DNA of 64,000 bases from Pachysolen tannophilus NRRL Y-2460 (lineage: Eukaryota), in assembly GCA_001661245.1 (NCBI GenBank), contig KV454014.1, positions 512,954-576,953 on the forward strand, in the 5' to 3' direction. Below are positions 10,746 to 23,729 of the stretch, in pieces (position 1 is the stretch's first letter; the number at the start of each line of letters is the position of its first letter). Both the position numbers and the translations under genes were made by a program. Under the pieces are notes generated by a model that was not told the DNA's origin, did not search any database, and was given only the letters and a program-made list of their open reading frames with translations.

Positions 10746-12158
10746 ATGTCAGTGCTATATCAATATAATAATAATAGTAATAATAATAATAATAATGGTG
10801 TTCCGTCTTCATCTTCATACACAAATCTGGTTTCGTGTTTGACTCCAACTATTATGAATGAGAAGCTGCCCGAAAATAATTCTAATGGTGTTGATAGTGG
10901 AAGTGTTGGTGGTCATGAGTTGGTGATTGGTGAAAGTATTATTAATAGTACTAATAATAATACTAATAATAATATTAATAATAATAATAATAATAATAAC
11001 AATGCTAATGTTAATATTAATTCAGGTGTTGTTGGTGGTACCACAAGGAAGCTGGATTCTGACCAATCCACAATTCCATCACCTCCTTTGTCCCCAGCAC
11101 AAAGAACACCAGTTTTGGTTAATACAAGAACAACTACTCCAATTACATTACTTGGTAAAGATTTATTTGATAGTAATAATAAAGAATTATTTGGAAAATT
11201 GGAAACACAAAAAGAATTTTTTAAGGATGAAAAAAAAATTGATGAAGTTAAACAACAAAAAATTGAACAAGCTCCTCCATTATCTAAAAAGAGAAATCAT
11301 TCTGAAATGATTATTAATACAATTAATGATGAATTTCCTTTAGAAAAAATGGGTGATTGTGTTTTAAAAATAAATGCATGGAGTGATTTAACTACAAATA
11401 ATTTTAAAAAACGTCATATTAGTTTTTTACAAAGTTATTCAATTTTCAGGGGTAATTCATCATCATCAAAATCTTCAACATCTAACAATAATAATTTTAA
11501 TTCAAAAAGATCTTATAATACAATACCAAGAACAAGAAGAAATATTCATCATATTAATACAACTAGTGATGATAATTCAGAAACTGAAAGGGTTCGTACT
11601 AGAAGAGTTGCAAGAGAAGCATCAAGAACAATGTCAGATATTGATGAGGAAAACCATTTATCATCATCAACTGTTTCAAGATCATCACCTTTGCCATCAT
11701 CGGTAACTCATCATAATAGACCTTCTACACCAAAGAAACCAAGAAAACCAAAAACTGAAACTTATTCAACACCATCATCACCAGTCATTGTTGATTACGA
11801 ATCCATTCCAGATTATTCTCCAGATATTTCAACATTACCAAATAATTCAAAATGTTTAAAAACTGAATGGAAAGGTCAACCAATGAATTTGAGTTATGAT
11901 CCATTGATAAGTAAATTACATCCAGCAGAAGTTACATTGGCTTCAATTTTAAGATTACCTTGTTCAATTTATCTTGATTCTAAAAGGAGATTATTTGCTG
12001 AAAAAGTTAGTCGTTTAAGAAAACATTTACCATTTAGAAGAACTGATGCTCAAAAAGCTTGTAAAATTGATGTTAATAAGGCAAGTAGATTATTTGCATC
12101 TTTTGAAAAAGTTGGATGGTTAAAAGATGAAAATTTTAAAAAATTTTTAAAGAATTGA
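10746..12158 (+). CDS. FUN19: SWIRM-domain protein (FUN19/YOR338W family)
   Basis: IPSPPLSP and a C-terminal SWIRM domain (LHPAEVTLASILRLP...FRRTDAQKACKIDVNKASRL). Adjacent to UBC11, as YOR338W is in S. cerevisiae. Confidence 0.85.
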   Translation: MSVLYQYNNNSNNNNNNGVPSSSSYTNLVSCLTPTIMNEKLPENNSNGVDSGSVGGHELVIGESIINSTNNNTNNNINNNNNNNNNANVNINSGVVGGTTRKLDSDQSTIPSPPLSPAQRTPVLVNTRTTTPITLLGKDLFDSNNKELFGKLETQKEFFKDEKKIDEVKQQKIEQAPPLSKKRNHSEMIINTINDEFPLEKMGDCVLKINAWSDLTTNNFKKRHISFLQSYSIFRGNSSSSKSSTSNNNNFNSKRSYNTIPRTRRNIHHINTTSDDNSETERVRTRRVAREASRTMSDIDEENHLSSSTVSRSSPLPSSVTHHNRPSTPKKPRKPKTETYSTPSSPVIVDYESIPDYSPDISTLPNNSKCLKTEWKGQPMNLSYDPLISKLHPAEVTLASILRLPCSIYLDSKRRLFAEKVSRLRKHLPFRRTDAQKACKIDVNKASRLFASFEKVGWLKDENFKKFLKN

Positions 12159-14009
12159 ATAAATATATAAAAAGAAAAAAAAAAAAAAAAAAAACAATTA
12201 TAGGAGGGAAATGGATTAATTCATGGACGTTAATAAACAGATATATTATTGGAGGGTTTTTTTTTAATTGGGGTTTAACAATTTAATTTTTTTATTTTTT
12301 ATTACTACTATTATATTTATTATTATTACAGGGTTTTTAATAATTGTTTTTTTATACTCATCTGTTTTGGTGTTTGGTTTTATTTTTTTGCGGTTTGCAG
12401 TTACACTTATAAACAATCACATACATTGACTGTTTTTCTGTTTTTTGTTATTATTATACATACTATGTTTATTTGTGTGCTTTTATGCTTTATTTTTTTT
12501 TTTTTTTTTTTTCTTTAGGAGGACATTTTTTTCATGCACGGGATTGTAACTTTACTCGTTAATTATAGATAGATATTTTTTAATCCATACCGTTAATACA
12601 AATATTGCTATTTCCAATAGCATATCATTCAATCAAAACATATAAATTCTCATTCCATAATATTGGATCAATTGTAAAACAAAACAAAACAAAACAAAGC
12701 AAAAAAAAAAAAAAAAAAAAACGTACTTACGGTTTTTTTGTTTGTGTTTCGGTCTTGATAGAAGAAAAGTAAAAAAGAAAAAAAAAAAAAAGAAAGAAAA
12801 AAAAAAGGAAAATAAACTTTAAACTTTTGTGCCCTTTTTTCGCGATGATCAGTTATCTCATGCGATGGGGCAAATCGAAAAAGTACATAGAAAAAAAAAG
12901 AAGAAAAAAGAAAAAATTACCCTTTTTGTCTTTTAGCTTTAAAGAATCATGAAAAACAAAAAAAACGGCTCACACGAATCTATCTCTTTATGTGCAGTAC
13001 AGTACTAATAATCTTTTCTAGATAATACTACTGACTGACCATTTTATTTAAAGTAAAGACGTGATCAATTATGAAAAGGAAAAATTATTAAATTATGGGA
13101 TTTTAGGAAATTAAGGAACCAGTTAAATAAATTTCAATTATAAACGATTACATGAATCAAGGATTGTAGGTATCTATATCAATCTATTAGTGCAATTCCA
13201 AAAAAAAAATTTAAATTTATTTAGTATTAGTAATTAATGTCTTAAATTAAAAAAATTCACCATTAGTGATAATTGTAATTGCTATTGCGATTGCTTATAA
13301 TTGAATAATTTGCAATCATTGAAATAATAGCAAGTTGTATAAATTTTTTAAATTAAAGAGCATGGATGAAGCTTACTGTTTGTAAAATTACCTAATTTTT
13401 TTTTTGTTGTTGTTTTTTGTTGTTTTTTTCTAGTACCTAGTACAGTTTTCATTTGTGCCCCATTTTTATTAAAACTATTTTATGTTTGCCTCGAGGGAAT
13501 ATTAATTAATTTATATAGACATAAAAAGGGTCAATTTTGTAATTGAAAACTCATATCCTGAAAACATCTGCAATATTATTATTTTAATTTATTGAAAGCA
13601 ATAGAACAATTGATTTGATTACATCATTTGTATTTTTTTTAAAAAAAAGGAAAAAGAAAAGGAAAAGGATACAGGAATTTCTCCCATTTCAATAAAAAAA
13701 AAAAATAGAAATAGATTAATTGATTACTTTACCGAATGTAAATTAAAATTATGTATTTGATTATAAAATATCAAAACTTTTTGGGCAATGTCTATTTTAG
13801 TAAAAGAAAAAAAAACAAATCAATTAAACTATTGAAGAAAAATGTAAAAACCCCCCATCCATTTCAAAGAATTTGAAATAGTTGGAAATACCACAACTAA
13901 ACTGAACACAAAAGAAAGAAAAGAAAGTAAAAAAAAAAAAAAAAAAATGAATCAAATTATATGACGAATTGAAAATTAAAAGTTTTTTTTTAATTATTTT
14001 TTATGCAAC

Positions 14010-14537
14010 TTATTCAAATTCTTCATATCTTAACATTAACAATCTTTTATATTCTGTTGGATCTTCATCCCATAATTGCGCAGCCTGTGCGTTTAAAGGG
14101 GATTTATTATTTGGTTCACCCAATAACGACTGTAAAGATAACAATATAGTTTGAACATTATATACAGCAGACCATTTATCTTTTAAGATATCCAAACATA
14201 TATTCCCACTCATATCAACATTTGGATGCCACATTGGTGATATAAATTTAACTAATGGTGCTTCATAAGGATAATTAGAATTAAAATTTAAAGAAATTTT
14301 AAATTTCAAATTTTCATATGGTGTATTTGATGGACCTTCAATAGTACCTTGCCAATTTAATAAATTTGAATCTGATTCAGGAAATGCAGAAATCCCTGGA
14401 GTAGAAGACATCATTAATTGAACTAATTCTGTTTGAAGTCTCTTTGTAACCGATTGACCATCTGGAATCGATGTTGAATTACTCTGGGATTTATTCTGAG
14501 ATGCAGATGATGAAGAGGAGGCTAAAGTAGTTGACAT
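14010..14537 (-). CDS. UBC11: Ubiquitin-conjugating enzyme E2-C
   Basis: [31 protein letters not shown] and SLLGEPN. Confidence 0.93.
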   Translation of the reverse strand: MSTTLASSSSSASQNKSQSNSTSIPDGQSVTKRLQTELVQLMMSSTPGISAFPESDSNLLNWQGTIEGPSNTPYENLKFKISLNFNSNYPYEAPLVKFISPMWHPNVDMSGNICLDILKDKWSAVYNVQTILLSLQSLLGEPNNKSPLNAQAAQLWDEDPTEYKRLLMLRYEEFE

Positions 14538-15252
14538 TTTTAAAATAAAAATTTAATCCTCAAACCTTTAATCAATAATAAAAATTTATCTAAATCTAAA
14601 ATTGTTGATTTTTTCTTTGTTTCTTTTTTCTTTTTTTTTTTTTTTTTTTTTTTTGATTTTTATTTATTTATTGGTTTCGCCTTTCACTTTTCAAGTTATT
14701 TTCCTTTATTCTTTTTTTGAATATTACCAAAGAATTGCTTTTAATCAAATTTTTTCTTTAAAAATAAAAAAGTAATTAAAAAAAATAATATAAAAAAAAA
14801 AAAAAAAAAAGAATTAAATAAAAAAAAAAAAAAGAAAAGTCAAAAAAAAGTTATTTAGCAAATACCAAGCTATAAATTAAATATATATAATATATATAAT
14901 ATATATATTTAAAGAACTTTTTTTTTCTTATATAATAAAGAAGATTTGATGGTATTTAAGCATAAAAGATACATCTATATAGTTTAGTGAGGCAGCACTC
15001 AATTTCTTAACTACTTTAGGAAAGAAATAAATAGACACAATTTATTGATTCTTTTGTGCAAGGAGAAAAACCAAAAAAATACAAAGGTAGTGTGGACTGA
15101 TAAAAAAAAAGAGATTTCTGGTAGTGCGTGGTTTAAACAAAAAAAAAAAAGTACCCACAATTTGACCAAACGCTATTACGTCAGTTAAAGGCGGTATAAA
15201 ATGCGGTTCTCTAATGATTGACTAAATAGTGCTGGTGACCCGGTGAATTCTT

Positions 15253-15288
<36 letters not shown>

Positions 15289-16011
15289 CCTTCGGATTTA
15301 AATGAGCCTAAAAAAATAAAACATAAAAAAATGCTTAGAAAAAATAAAAAAATAAAAAAATAAAAGGCGGAAGGCGGGCGGCGGCAGCGGCAGAAGAAAC
15401 AGCAGCATTGGACTTGCCCTTTAAGAAAAAAAAAGTCTTATATTACAAAGTACATACAATTAAGCTAAAAAGAAAGTTAATCATTAAGCCAATAACTGGC
15501 TTAACAATAATAATAATAATTATAAATCAAGTGTTTATAAATACAAAATAGCAAGCAATATATATATATATATATTTGTTTAAAAATGATGATATGATTT
15601 TTTTTTTTTTTTTTACCTATATATCTCTCCGAGTTTAGTAATTGTAAGTAGTCCAACCTCCTCCTCATCTTTTTTTTTTTTTTTATTATAAACTGATTCG
15701 GGATTCTCTCAGAGGGGGAAAAAAAGGGGCAATCTTTGATCGATAAGGAGAATTTTAAAACCATCCATCAAAAATTATGGCAATAGGGGTAAAAGAAAAT
15801 TGATTTTTTTTTCTTTTTAATTTTTTTTTTATTTTATTTTTAAAAAAAACCGTTTTTTGTAATCAAATTAATCAAATAATAATAACTTGCCATCTTACTT
15901 TCTTTCTTCTTCCTTTTTTTTTTTAAAAACAACAAAATTATTTCCAAGTTAAATCATTTCTAGTAATTTTATCATTAAAGAAAAGAAAGAAAGGTAGAGA
16001 AAGAAAAGAAA

Positions 16012-16016
16012 AGGAA

Positions 16017-16048
<32 letters not shown>

Positions 16049-16055
16049 AGAAGAA
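16012..16055 (+). repeat. (GAA)n microsatellite
   Basis: Read directly from the sequence; one interruption. Confidence 0.85.
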
Positions 16056-16487
16056 GTTAGTTAGTTAATTAGTTTAACTTGGTCAATTAATAAAGACATT
16101 TAAAATAATTTGAAATAAGAGCGCTGTTGGAATAAATACTTTTATTCAAAGCAGTTTTGCTTTTATATCCACTTTCGCTTGGTTTAAACCCCTTCCACTC
16201 GTTTTTATTATTTATTTATCCAACTTTGGCTTAAGCGCCGTTACATTCTTTCGTTTTTTAATCAAATTTTTTTTCTTATTTTTTTATTTTTATTGCTCTT
16301 CTTGGTTTTCGTTGTTCTCTGGGTTAGCTTCTTTCAAGAAAGTGTACTGGTGAGAGAGAAGTCAATTGGGCTTTCTTCCCTTTTCCCAAACAAAAAAAAA
16401 AAATATCGAACCTTTTTTTCTTTTTTTTTTGTCTTTTGTTAACAATTGGTTCCCGGTAAGAGGAGGGGATTGATAGTTTCTTTAAGA

Positions 16488-17026
16488 ATGGATTTCAATC
16501 GTTTAGCAAATGGGGTTCACCTTTCCACGGAAATTGATCCTGGAGCCAGTGTTTCTAATTACAATATCAATACCAATAATCACCAATTACAACGACATGG
16601 GCTAAATTTGAATTTGAATTTACATAATAGTCTGACACTGACACTGACAGGAGGTGTAATGTTAACAAATTCAAATAATTATATGCTAAGAGCAGATGGT
16701 AGTAATGATACCATTACTTTTGGTAATACCCATTCTAACGATGCCATTAACACCAACACAAACTCCAATACAAGCGCTAATAGTGGTACTAACTTGATAA
16801 ATAATGTTTCTTTTGGAAATTTATTCCAAACTCCAACTTTAAATTCTCCTCCAAGGTTTTCAGGGAATGGAACGAGCCAATTATCTCCAATTTCAACACA
16901 AAATTTGTATTATTCCCCACACCAGTTCATTGATAACAATATCAATAACAATATTACTGGTGGTAATGTTAACGGTGCAAATGGCGGGTTCATTGTGCCC
17001 GAAACTCCGGTGCAGTATCACAATAG

Positions 17027-17057
<31 letters not shown>

Positions 17058-19190
17058 TTTAACAATGTTTTGCAAACACCTAATACCAGTGCTGCTGATA
17101 GCACCGGTAGTGGATTCATATCTTCTCCTTCAAGTTTTAATAATGTCAATTTATATGATCCTAATAGTTATTCAGATTCAACTCCTCAAATTAACCAAGA
17201 ATTGATGTATAGACAATTAAGGAACCAATTACATTTACCAACAGACAATAACGAAAATAATCAAGTTGCTGTCGAAATAAGTGGTAACCATAATATTCAA
17301 AGTGGGACTGTTTCTCAAAATCACAATCTGAATCAGAATCAGAATCAGCAGAATCAGAATCAGCAGCAGCTCAATGTCGTACCGATATCTTCATCTGCTC
17401 AACTACCACAACAGCAAAACCAGATACAGACACAGCTCATATCCATGCAACCCCTGTCGGCACCATCTTCTATAAGCCAACAACTAGATCAATCAATTCA
17501 TCAAGGTTCAAGGCCCTATGTTGACTTTTCTGATCCAGTATTACAGTTGGGAAATACCAATCGAGTTTCTACTGCTGTTTCTACTGATTCACCCTTTTCT
17601 GATCAATATAGTTCAATATTGAACAAAACAAATGATGTTCAAAGAATAACTAGAACTCCAGAGGAAGAAGAATTATTAAAAGCTAGAGCACAAGAAGAAG
17701 AAATAATGGGATTTGTTAAGATGGAATTATCATCATCTCCAGAACCTACAGGTTACAATGTTAATACAGAAGATGAACAAATAGGACTAGGGATATTTAA
17801 TGAAATTATGAGCAGGGATGATAATAAAATTGATAATAAACTTTCAAGAAATTTATCGAAATCAAAGAAAAGACTTAAAAAAAAGAAGTCATTATCTCAA
17901 GTTTTAAAAGCAGATTGTGATTTATCTTCACCAGAACTTAATAAATCTCCTTCCAATTTCAAGGTGAATAAATATTCAACTTTAAAATCTTCTAACAACA
18001 GGCCTACCCCTTTTGCAAATTTTAGAGCCACTAAGAGCGCAACTATATCATTATCAAATCCTGTTTCACTGAAGCCATATCACCTTCCACATTCGGCACC
18101 GTTTAGTGCTCCTTCATCTAGGAAATCATCTTTGCCTAATACGTTCCCTCAGGCAGCAAATCATAACCATCATCATTCACATCAACCTACTGTTCAAAGA
18201 CAGAAAATGTTTTTATCATCACCTCTGAGTGGTTCTGGTGATTTTAAAAATGGTTTAACCAATACTCCAACTGCAGTGAATAATTTTCCTTTAAATCGCA
18301 GAAGGTTATCCTTTAATGAATGTTCATCAACTTTGAACTTTGGCCACAGCCCAACTATACTTGATCCAGAGAAGATTTCAAAACAGAAAAATGTTGTTGA
18401 TACGCGACTGTCTTCTTCATTATCATTTAATAATATAAAGGAATTGGTTTCGAAACCGTCTACTACAATTAGAAAATTTTCTTTTGTTTTGGAACCAGAG
18501 ACCAAACTTTTAAAAGAACAATTAAAAGAACAATCTAGAAATAAACCACAAAAGACATTTCCAAGTAAGAATCAAGCTGTAATAGACTCTTCACCATCAC
18601 CATTTAATTCATCACCGATTAATACTATTGATCAAGGAAGTATGAACTATAATAATAACAACAATAAAATCAGTAATAATAGCGGGACAGGACAACTAAC
18701 ATGGAAATTTCAAGCCGCAAAAATTGTCACAGATACATCAAAGGGCAAAGTTACAACAAATGAACGATCCAATTCGACTAATATGTTTTCATCAAAAAAT
18801 TCAAAGACAAATAGTAAGACTAATGAAGTTCCTTCAAAAAGTTCAACAATTAATGATAACTCATTGACTGCAACTACCATTTCAGATTCCTCATGTAATT
18901 CTTCACCTTCAACAAAGAGTTATAGTAATTATAATTCATCTCCTACGAACAATGATAAAAGTAGGAAAAACTCTACTTCGATGATTCATTTGAAAAGGAA
19001 CAAAGATTTCAACAGGTCAGTTAATAAATTTTTGAACATTGATAATACAAGTGGTAATAACGTAAATGATGCTGTGCATACTACAGAGCATTTACCAAAA
19101 CCGAAATCATTGAAAAGTATGGAGTCAGGGATCTTTGAGTTCCAATTGGATATGAATAAAAATGAAGAAACTACAGGGATGACAAAGTAG
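16488..19190 (+). CDS. Uncharacterised N/Q/S-rich, probably disordered protein (~900 aa)
   Basis: Long ORF in AT-rich DNA with a basic NLS-like KSKKRLKKKK, many SP/TP sites and no recognised domain. Confidence 0.8.
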
Positions 19191-19616
19191 TTAGAAGTTG
19201 AATTTGTAATTTTGTAATCGTAATATTGTTAATTTTTACTGTTCTTTTATCGATATATTGATGCTTTTAGTAATTTTATTAATTTTGTTTATTTTTTTTA
19301 TGACTTTGTTAATTTAGCTATCTATGTATGTGTAGTATTTGCCATGAGCTAACTAAATTTAATAGCCTAATCTTTAATATGTCAGATCTTAATTGAAAGT
19401 TTCAAGTAGTTTAGAATTAATTCTGAGACTATGATTACAGTATTAGCTTATGCTTAGATATCTTGGAATCTTGATAAATAAAAATAAATATGGATAAATA
19501 AATTAATAAATAAATAAATAAATAAATGGATAAATAAATAAGTAATAAATAGATAAATTAGACAAAACTTCATCAATTTCCACAACTCATAATCTTTGTG
19601 GATTTTGGCCTCTCAT

Positions 19617-19955
19617 TTATTTACGTGGAACAAATTCAGCATCCCATAAAGGTTTAGTTCTTTTTGAACCAATGTGATTATACTTTCCCTCATGGCTATA
19701 ACAAAAGTATACCCCCGAGACTGGAATTATAACCACAAATATCAGCATCCATTTCAAAGAATTCTTATTCATGAATTTATAAGAATTTGATAAATTTTGC
19801 CTTAGGTAATTATACTTTTCAAATTCTTTGTCCTTATGAAGTACTTTAAAAAATCAATAATTCTCTCGTTAGTAAAATTTTTTTTTATTTTTTATATTTT
19901 ATTTTCAATTTATAATTATTAAAATCCTTCTCTACTCACAGTGTGGAGCTGCCAT
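19617..19955 (-). CDS. Two-exon 80-aa gene, complex I accessory subunit NDUFB4/B15 (NB5M)-like; exons 19955-19940 and 19843-19617
   Basis: ATG GCA GCT CCA CAC T|GTGAGT donor, TACTAAC branch at 19874-19868, AAG acceptor at 19844. The spliced CDS is 243 nt in frame: MAAPHLLHKDKEFEKYNYLRQNLSNSYKFMNKNSLKWM(CTG)IFVVIIPVSGVYFCYSHEGKYNHIGSKRTKPLWDAEFVPRK. Confidence 0.8.
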
Positions 19956-20263
19956 CTTTCAAATGATTCATTCAATGAAATATAATAAAACGAATTGATT
20001 AATTAAATCAATTATTAAACATAGTATTATATCTTTATCTTTATCTTCATCTTCACCAATTTTATTCAAATTCAAATTAAGGTCACTATACAAAATCTAC
20101 ACGACCAGTTACACAATACAAATCAAAATTAGATGGAATCAACACTCATATTAAGAGCAAATGAATTTATAATACTATATTATGATATATAAATATTGGA
20201 AAACAAAAAAACCAAAAGATATTATCTAGATATCAAAAAGCTGTAAAGTAGTTTTTTAAAGAT

Positions 20264-21757
20264 TTAAACTTTGGGGTGGTAACGAACATTAACAGAAGTA
20301 ACATCACCTTCAGTAGGTGAACTTCCTGAAATGAATTCTATAGAACCTCTTTTTTCAATTATATCGGCAATACCTCTTAATTGATTAGCATAATCTTTGA
20401 AAAATTCTGTGTAGTCATTTCCAAACTCATCTAGAGTTTCTGCCATTTCATACAAGTCCATACCCATATCTTCAGCTTCTTCAGGAGCTCTTAATTTCAA
20501 ACCTGGAATATGGTCTACAATGAAAATGATTATATAGGTGAAAACTGCTGTCCATAAGGAAATTGCACACCAAGCAGCAATTTGATAACCTAATTGGACA
20601 AAATTTCCATCGATCCAACCACCATCAATAACTGTAGCGCCATCATAGGAGGCAACAGTCTTTGTCAGAAATATACCCGTAAGTGTACCTGCAATTATTC
20701 CACCAAGCCCATGAACAATACCTGATAAGCTATAATCATCAATTCCAGTCCATCTGTTAAAATTTATGAAAAGACGACAAATGACTGCATTAATAACTGA
20801 AGTTAAAGCTGCTGCCCATGGATAATAGAAACCACAAGATGGAGTAATATTAACTAAACCAACGATAACACCTTCACAAGCAGCATTTAAAGAATATTTT
20901 CCTGTTAATAAAGTATCAACTGTAACGTATGCAGCACTAGCAAATGTACTTGCAATTAAAGTATTTGCAGCAATATAACCTGTTCTTGTATTAACTGAAA
21001 GTAATGTACCAGAGTTAAAACAAAACCAAGCTGCCCAAATCAAAGTAACACCAATAAATGTAGTAGTTGAAGAATGTCCTCTATATGATGGTATCTTTCC
21101 AGTAACTTTCCATTCTTTCCTTTTACCAAGGTAACCAGAATAAATTAATGAAGCTATTCCTGAAGAAATATGAACCGGTCCACCACCTGCAAAATCTAAT
21201 GCTCCAAGATTTATTAACCAACCATTAGTACCCCAAACCCAAAAACTAATTGGACAATATACAACAATTGTCCATAATACAGCAATAACTTGACTTGGAA
21301 GAAATCTACCTCTTTCACCAATTGCACCAACAAAAATTTGAACAGTAGCAACTGGGAAAAAAGTATTAAAACCAAAATTGATTAATGAAGGAATAGTTGC
21401 CGTATCAGTTAAAGGTTTTGCTTGTTCATTATATAAAGCCGCATTATGGAAATTACCAATAAGTTTAGAAGTTGATGTAGGAGAATTTGCAAGTGAATAA
21501 CCTAAAAGATACCAAACTATAGTAACTGTACATGTAGTCATATAAGTTTGAAACAATACTTGAACAACATTTTTACGTTTTAAAACACCAGTATAAAATA
21601 ATCCAATTGCTGGAGTAATTAAAAACACTCCAACTGTACAAAATAAAATATAAGCCATATCAGCACCAACAAAATTTTCAGTTTGTTCTGCTAATGTATC
21701 CAGATCTCTCTTAGCTCTTATGAGAGCCGCAGAAGCCAGTCCTGTTCCAGCAATCAT
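20264..21757 (-). CDS. Ammonium transporter, Amt/Mep family
   Basis: About 11 TM helices with GAIGER, LDFAGGGPVH, WFCFNSG, GLVNITP and IDD...HG motifs. Both pore histidines are present. Confidence 0.95.
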   Translation of the reverse strand: MIAGTGLASAALIRAKRDLDTLAEQTENFVGADMAYILFCTVGVFLITPAIGLFYTGVLKRKNVVQVLFQTYMTTCTVTIVWYLLGYSLANSPTSTSKLIGNFHNAALYNEQAKPLTDTATIPSLINFGFNTFFPVATVQIFVGAIGERGRFLPSQVIAVLWTIVVYCPISFWVWGTNGWLINLGALDFAGGGPVHISSGIASLIYSGYLGKRKEWKVTGKIPSYRGHSSTTTFIGVTLIWAAWFCFNSGTLLSVNTRTGYIAANTLIASTFASAAYVTVDTLLTGKYSLNAACEGVIVGLVNITPSCGFYYPWAAALTSVINAVICRLFINFNRWTGIDDYSLSGIVHGLGGIIAGTLTGIFLTKTVASYDGATVIDGGWIDGNFVQLGYQIAAWCAISLWTAVFTYIIIFIVDHIPGLKLRAPEEAEDMGMDLYEMAETLDEFGNDYTEFFKDYANQLRGIADIIEKRGSIEFISGSSPTEGDVTSVNVRYHPKV

Positions 21758-21990
21758 CCTTTCAATCTGTGTAACTCTCTCTCTTTACTGAAAATTCGTT
21801 TTAGTTTTACGTCGAACCTTTTTATTCTTTTTTTTTTTTTTTTTTGAAAATTCAAAAAAATTAAAAGAACAAATAAAGAGCAAGCTTTTTACATATATAT
21901 ATATATTCATATATTCATATACAATTCTATAAATATAAATCACATTATCAACTTTTGTCTATAAACTTGGCAAGCATCTATCTATCTGTA

Positions 21991-22394
21991 GATAATGCAG
22001 TTTTCCAGAAACATTTTATACCTCTGATATAAGACTGATAAGACAAACAGAAAAGAATGTCTTGGATTTAACAGTTTAAAAAACCTCTTCTAAATCTACA
22101 TAATCAATAACTTTTATTCTTTTTTTCCTTTTAATCAGTGCCTCGTATTAATATGCTTAAATGTCTCATTAAAAAAAAAATTATTTGTTAGTAACATCTT
22201 TTCCAGATTACTGATTGGTGATATTTTGATAAGAAAGTATTTGATGTATGTCGATGTGATGTCTTATCAGCGGCTCTTACTATTTTAGGTAAAAAGTTCC
22301 TGCCGACAAACAAACCTTTTCTAAAAGGAAGTTTTAAAATTTCGTAATAATCTTTTCCATCAAAGACTATTTTTGAAGAATATAATAAGATAAA
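21991..22394. promoter_or_regulatory. Cluster of GATA (nitrogen catabolite repression) elements upstream of the ammonium transporter
   Basis: GATAAG at 22037 and 22228, CTTATC at 22263, GATAAT at 21991 and GATAAA at 22389. Confidence 0.65.
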
Positions 22395-22622
22395 CTATAG
22401 TTCATGAGACCCGCTAACTGCATTTACTCCGCTTAGGGATACATATAGTAGACAAGGATTAATATTAATAGATTTTTCCAGATATTTATTATTTAATTAA
22501 TACTAATAATACTAATAATACTAATAATAATTTGTGCTTTTTTTTTATTTTTATTTTTTCACTTTTACTTTTAGTTCTTTTAAATTTTCTAAATATTTTT
22601 TCTAAATAATCTTAAATATCTA

Positions 22623-23729
22623 TTATGAATCAGATTCTTCTTCATTTGAAGAAGAATCTGCTTCAGCAATAATTTCATTATTTTTTTCTTCGCTTTGGTT
22701 TTCTTCATCTTCATCATCTTCTGATTCTTTTTCGTAGATCGGTACTTCAGTTAATTCATCATCTTTTGGTTCACCAATATCAATAACTGAATTAGCAAGA
22801 TTGGTTACATTATTGTCATCAAATCTCTTATGTTGTTGTGGTGAGGCTGTGACGGGTAAAGAATCTCTTTCTGAACCGGCTTTAATTAAAGTTCCTTCAA
22901 CAGAGACAACTCTACCAGCTGTATGTAACGATTTAATTGTGAATCTTAATTTTCCTTCAACTGGAACATTATTCTCATCAACCCAATGTCCCATCGATCT
23001 GAATTTGGAAGTACCGTTCGCCACTTGGGATATTGAAGCATCATTACTACCAGAACCAGAACCAGCACCTGTACCAGTACCAGCACCAATACCAACACTA
23101 ATGCCACCATTACTAGCACCACCGTTATCACCTTCTGTACTTATATCGTTTGAACCATCTTTTTCATCTTCTTCAAGGTACTCATCAGCCTGGTTTGGAA
23201 CAAAATACCAATTTGATGGAATATTATTTTTCTTGATAGTGGCATTAAATGTATCATGAATCAATAAACCAATATGAGATTGACTTTGCATATAAATCCA
23301 TCCTTCAACTACATCTCCAATTTCTGGTTTCCAAACCAAAAAATCAACTGTTATCCACATAAATGCAAAAGGACTTTCATAAGCAATTTTAGCAACTGAT
23401 ATCTTATTATCTTCAGAATCTTTAGAATAATTTTCCAGATTCAACTTAATATTAGAATACGCCAATACAACACCTTTAGCTGGTTGAAAATATGTCATAA
23501 CTAAACGGTCTAAATGTTGAGCTTTAATACCTTCAATAGGATTTCCTATATAACTTGGTGCTAATGAAACATATAAAGATGTCGTTACTTTACGGAAACA
23601 TTTTGAAATACCACTCTCACTTATAGGATTCGATGATGTCGATATTAAAGAATTTTGTCTCCTTTTAGAATATTGAGTATCAGAATGATCTGGGATCTTT
23701 CTTTTCTGTATAACTGTTGCTGTTGACAT
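22623..23729 (-). CDS. RPA43: RNA polymerase I subunit A43
   Basis: LYVSLAP, GIKAQHL, GVVLAY and QSQSHIGLLIHDTFNATIK, with an acidic tail. Confidence 0.93.
   Translation of the reverse strand: MSTATVIQKRKIPDHSDTQYSKRRQNSLISTSSNPISESGISKCFRKVTTSLYVSLAPSYIGNPIEGIKAQHLDRLVMTYFQPAKGVVLAYSNIKLNLENYSKDSEDNKISVAKIAYESPFAFMWITVDFLVWKPEIGDVVEGWIYMQSQSHIGLLIHDTFNATIKKNNIPSNWYFVPNQADEYLEEDEKDGSNDISTEGDNGGASNGGISVGIGAGTGTGAGSGSGSNDASISQVANGTSKFRSMGHWVDENNVPVEGKLRFTIKSLHTAGRVVSVEGTLIKAGSERDSLPVTASPQQHKRFDDNNVTNLANSVIDIGEPKDDELTEVPIYEKESEDDEDEENQSEEKNNEIIAEADSSSNEEESDS

Noticed and set aside
12560..12760. Minus-strand GTAAGT at 12730 with a weak TATTAAC branch in the long FUN19-UBC11 intergenic region
   Set aside because: No ATG-led exon or plausible downstream coding frame.
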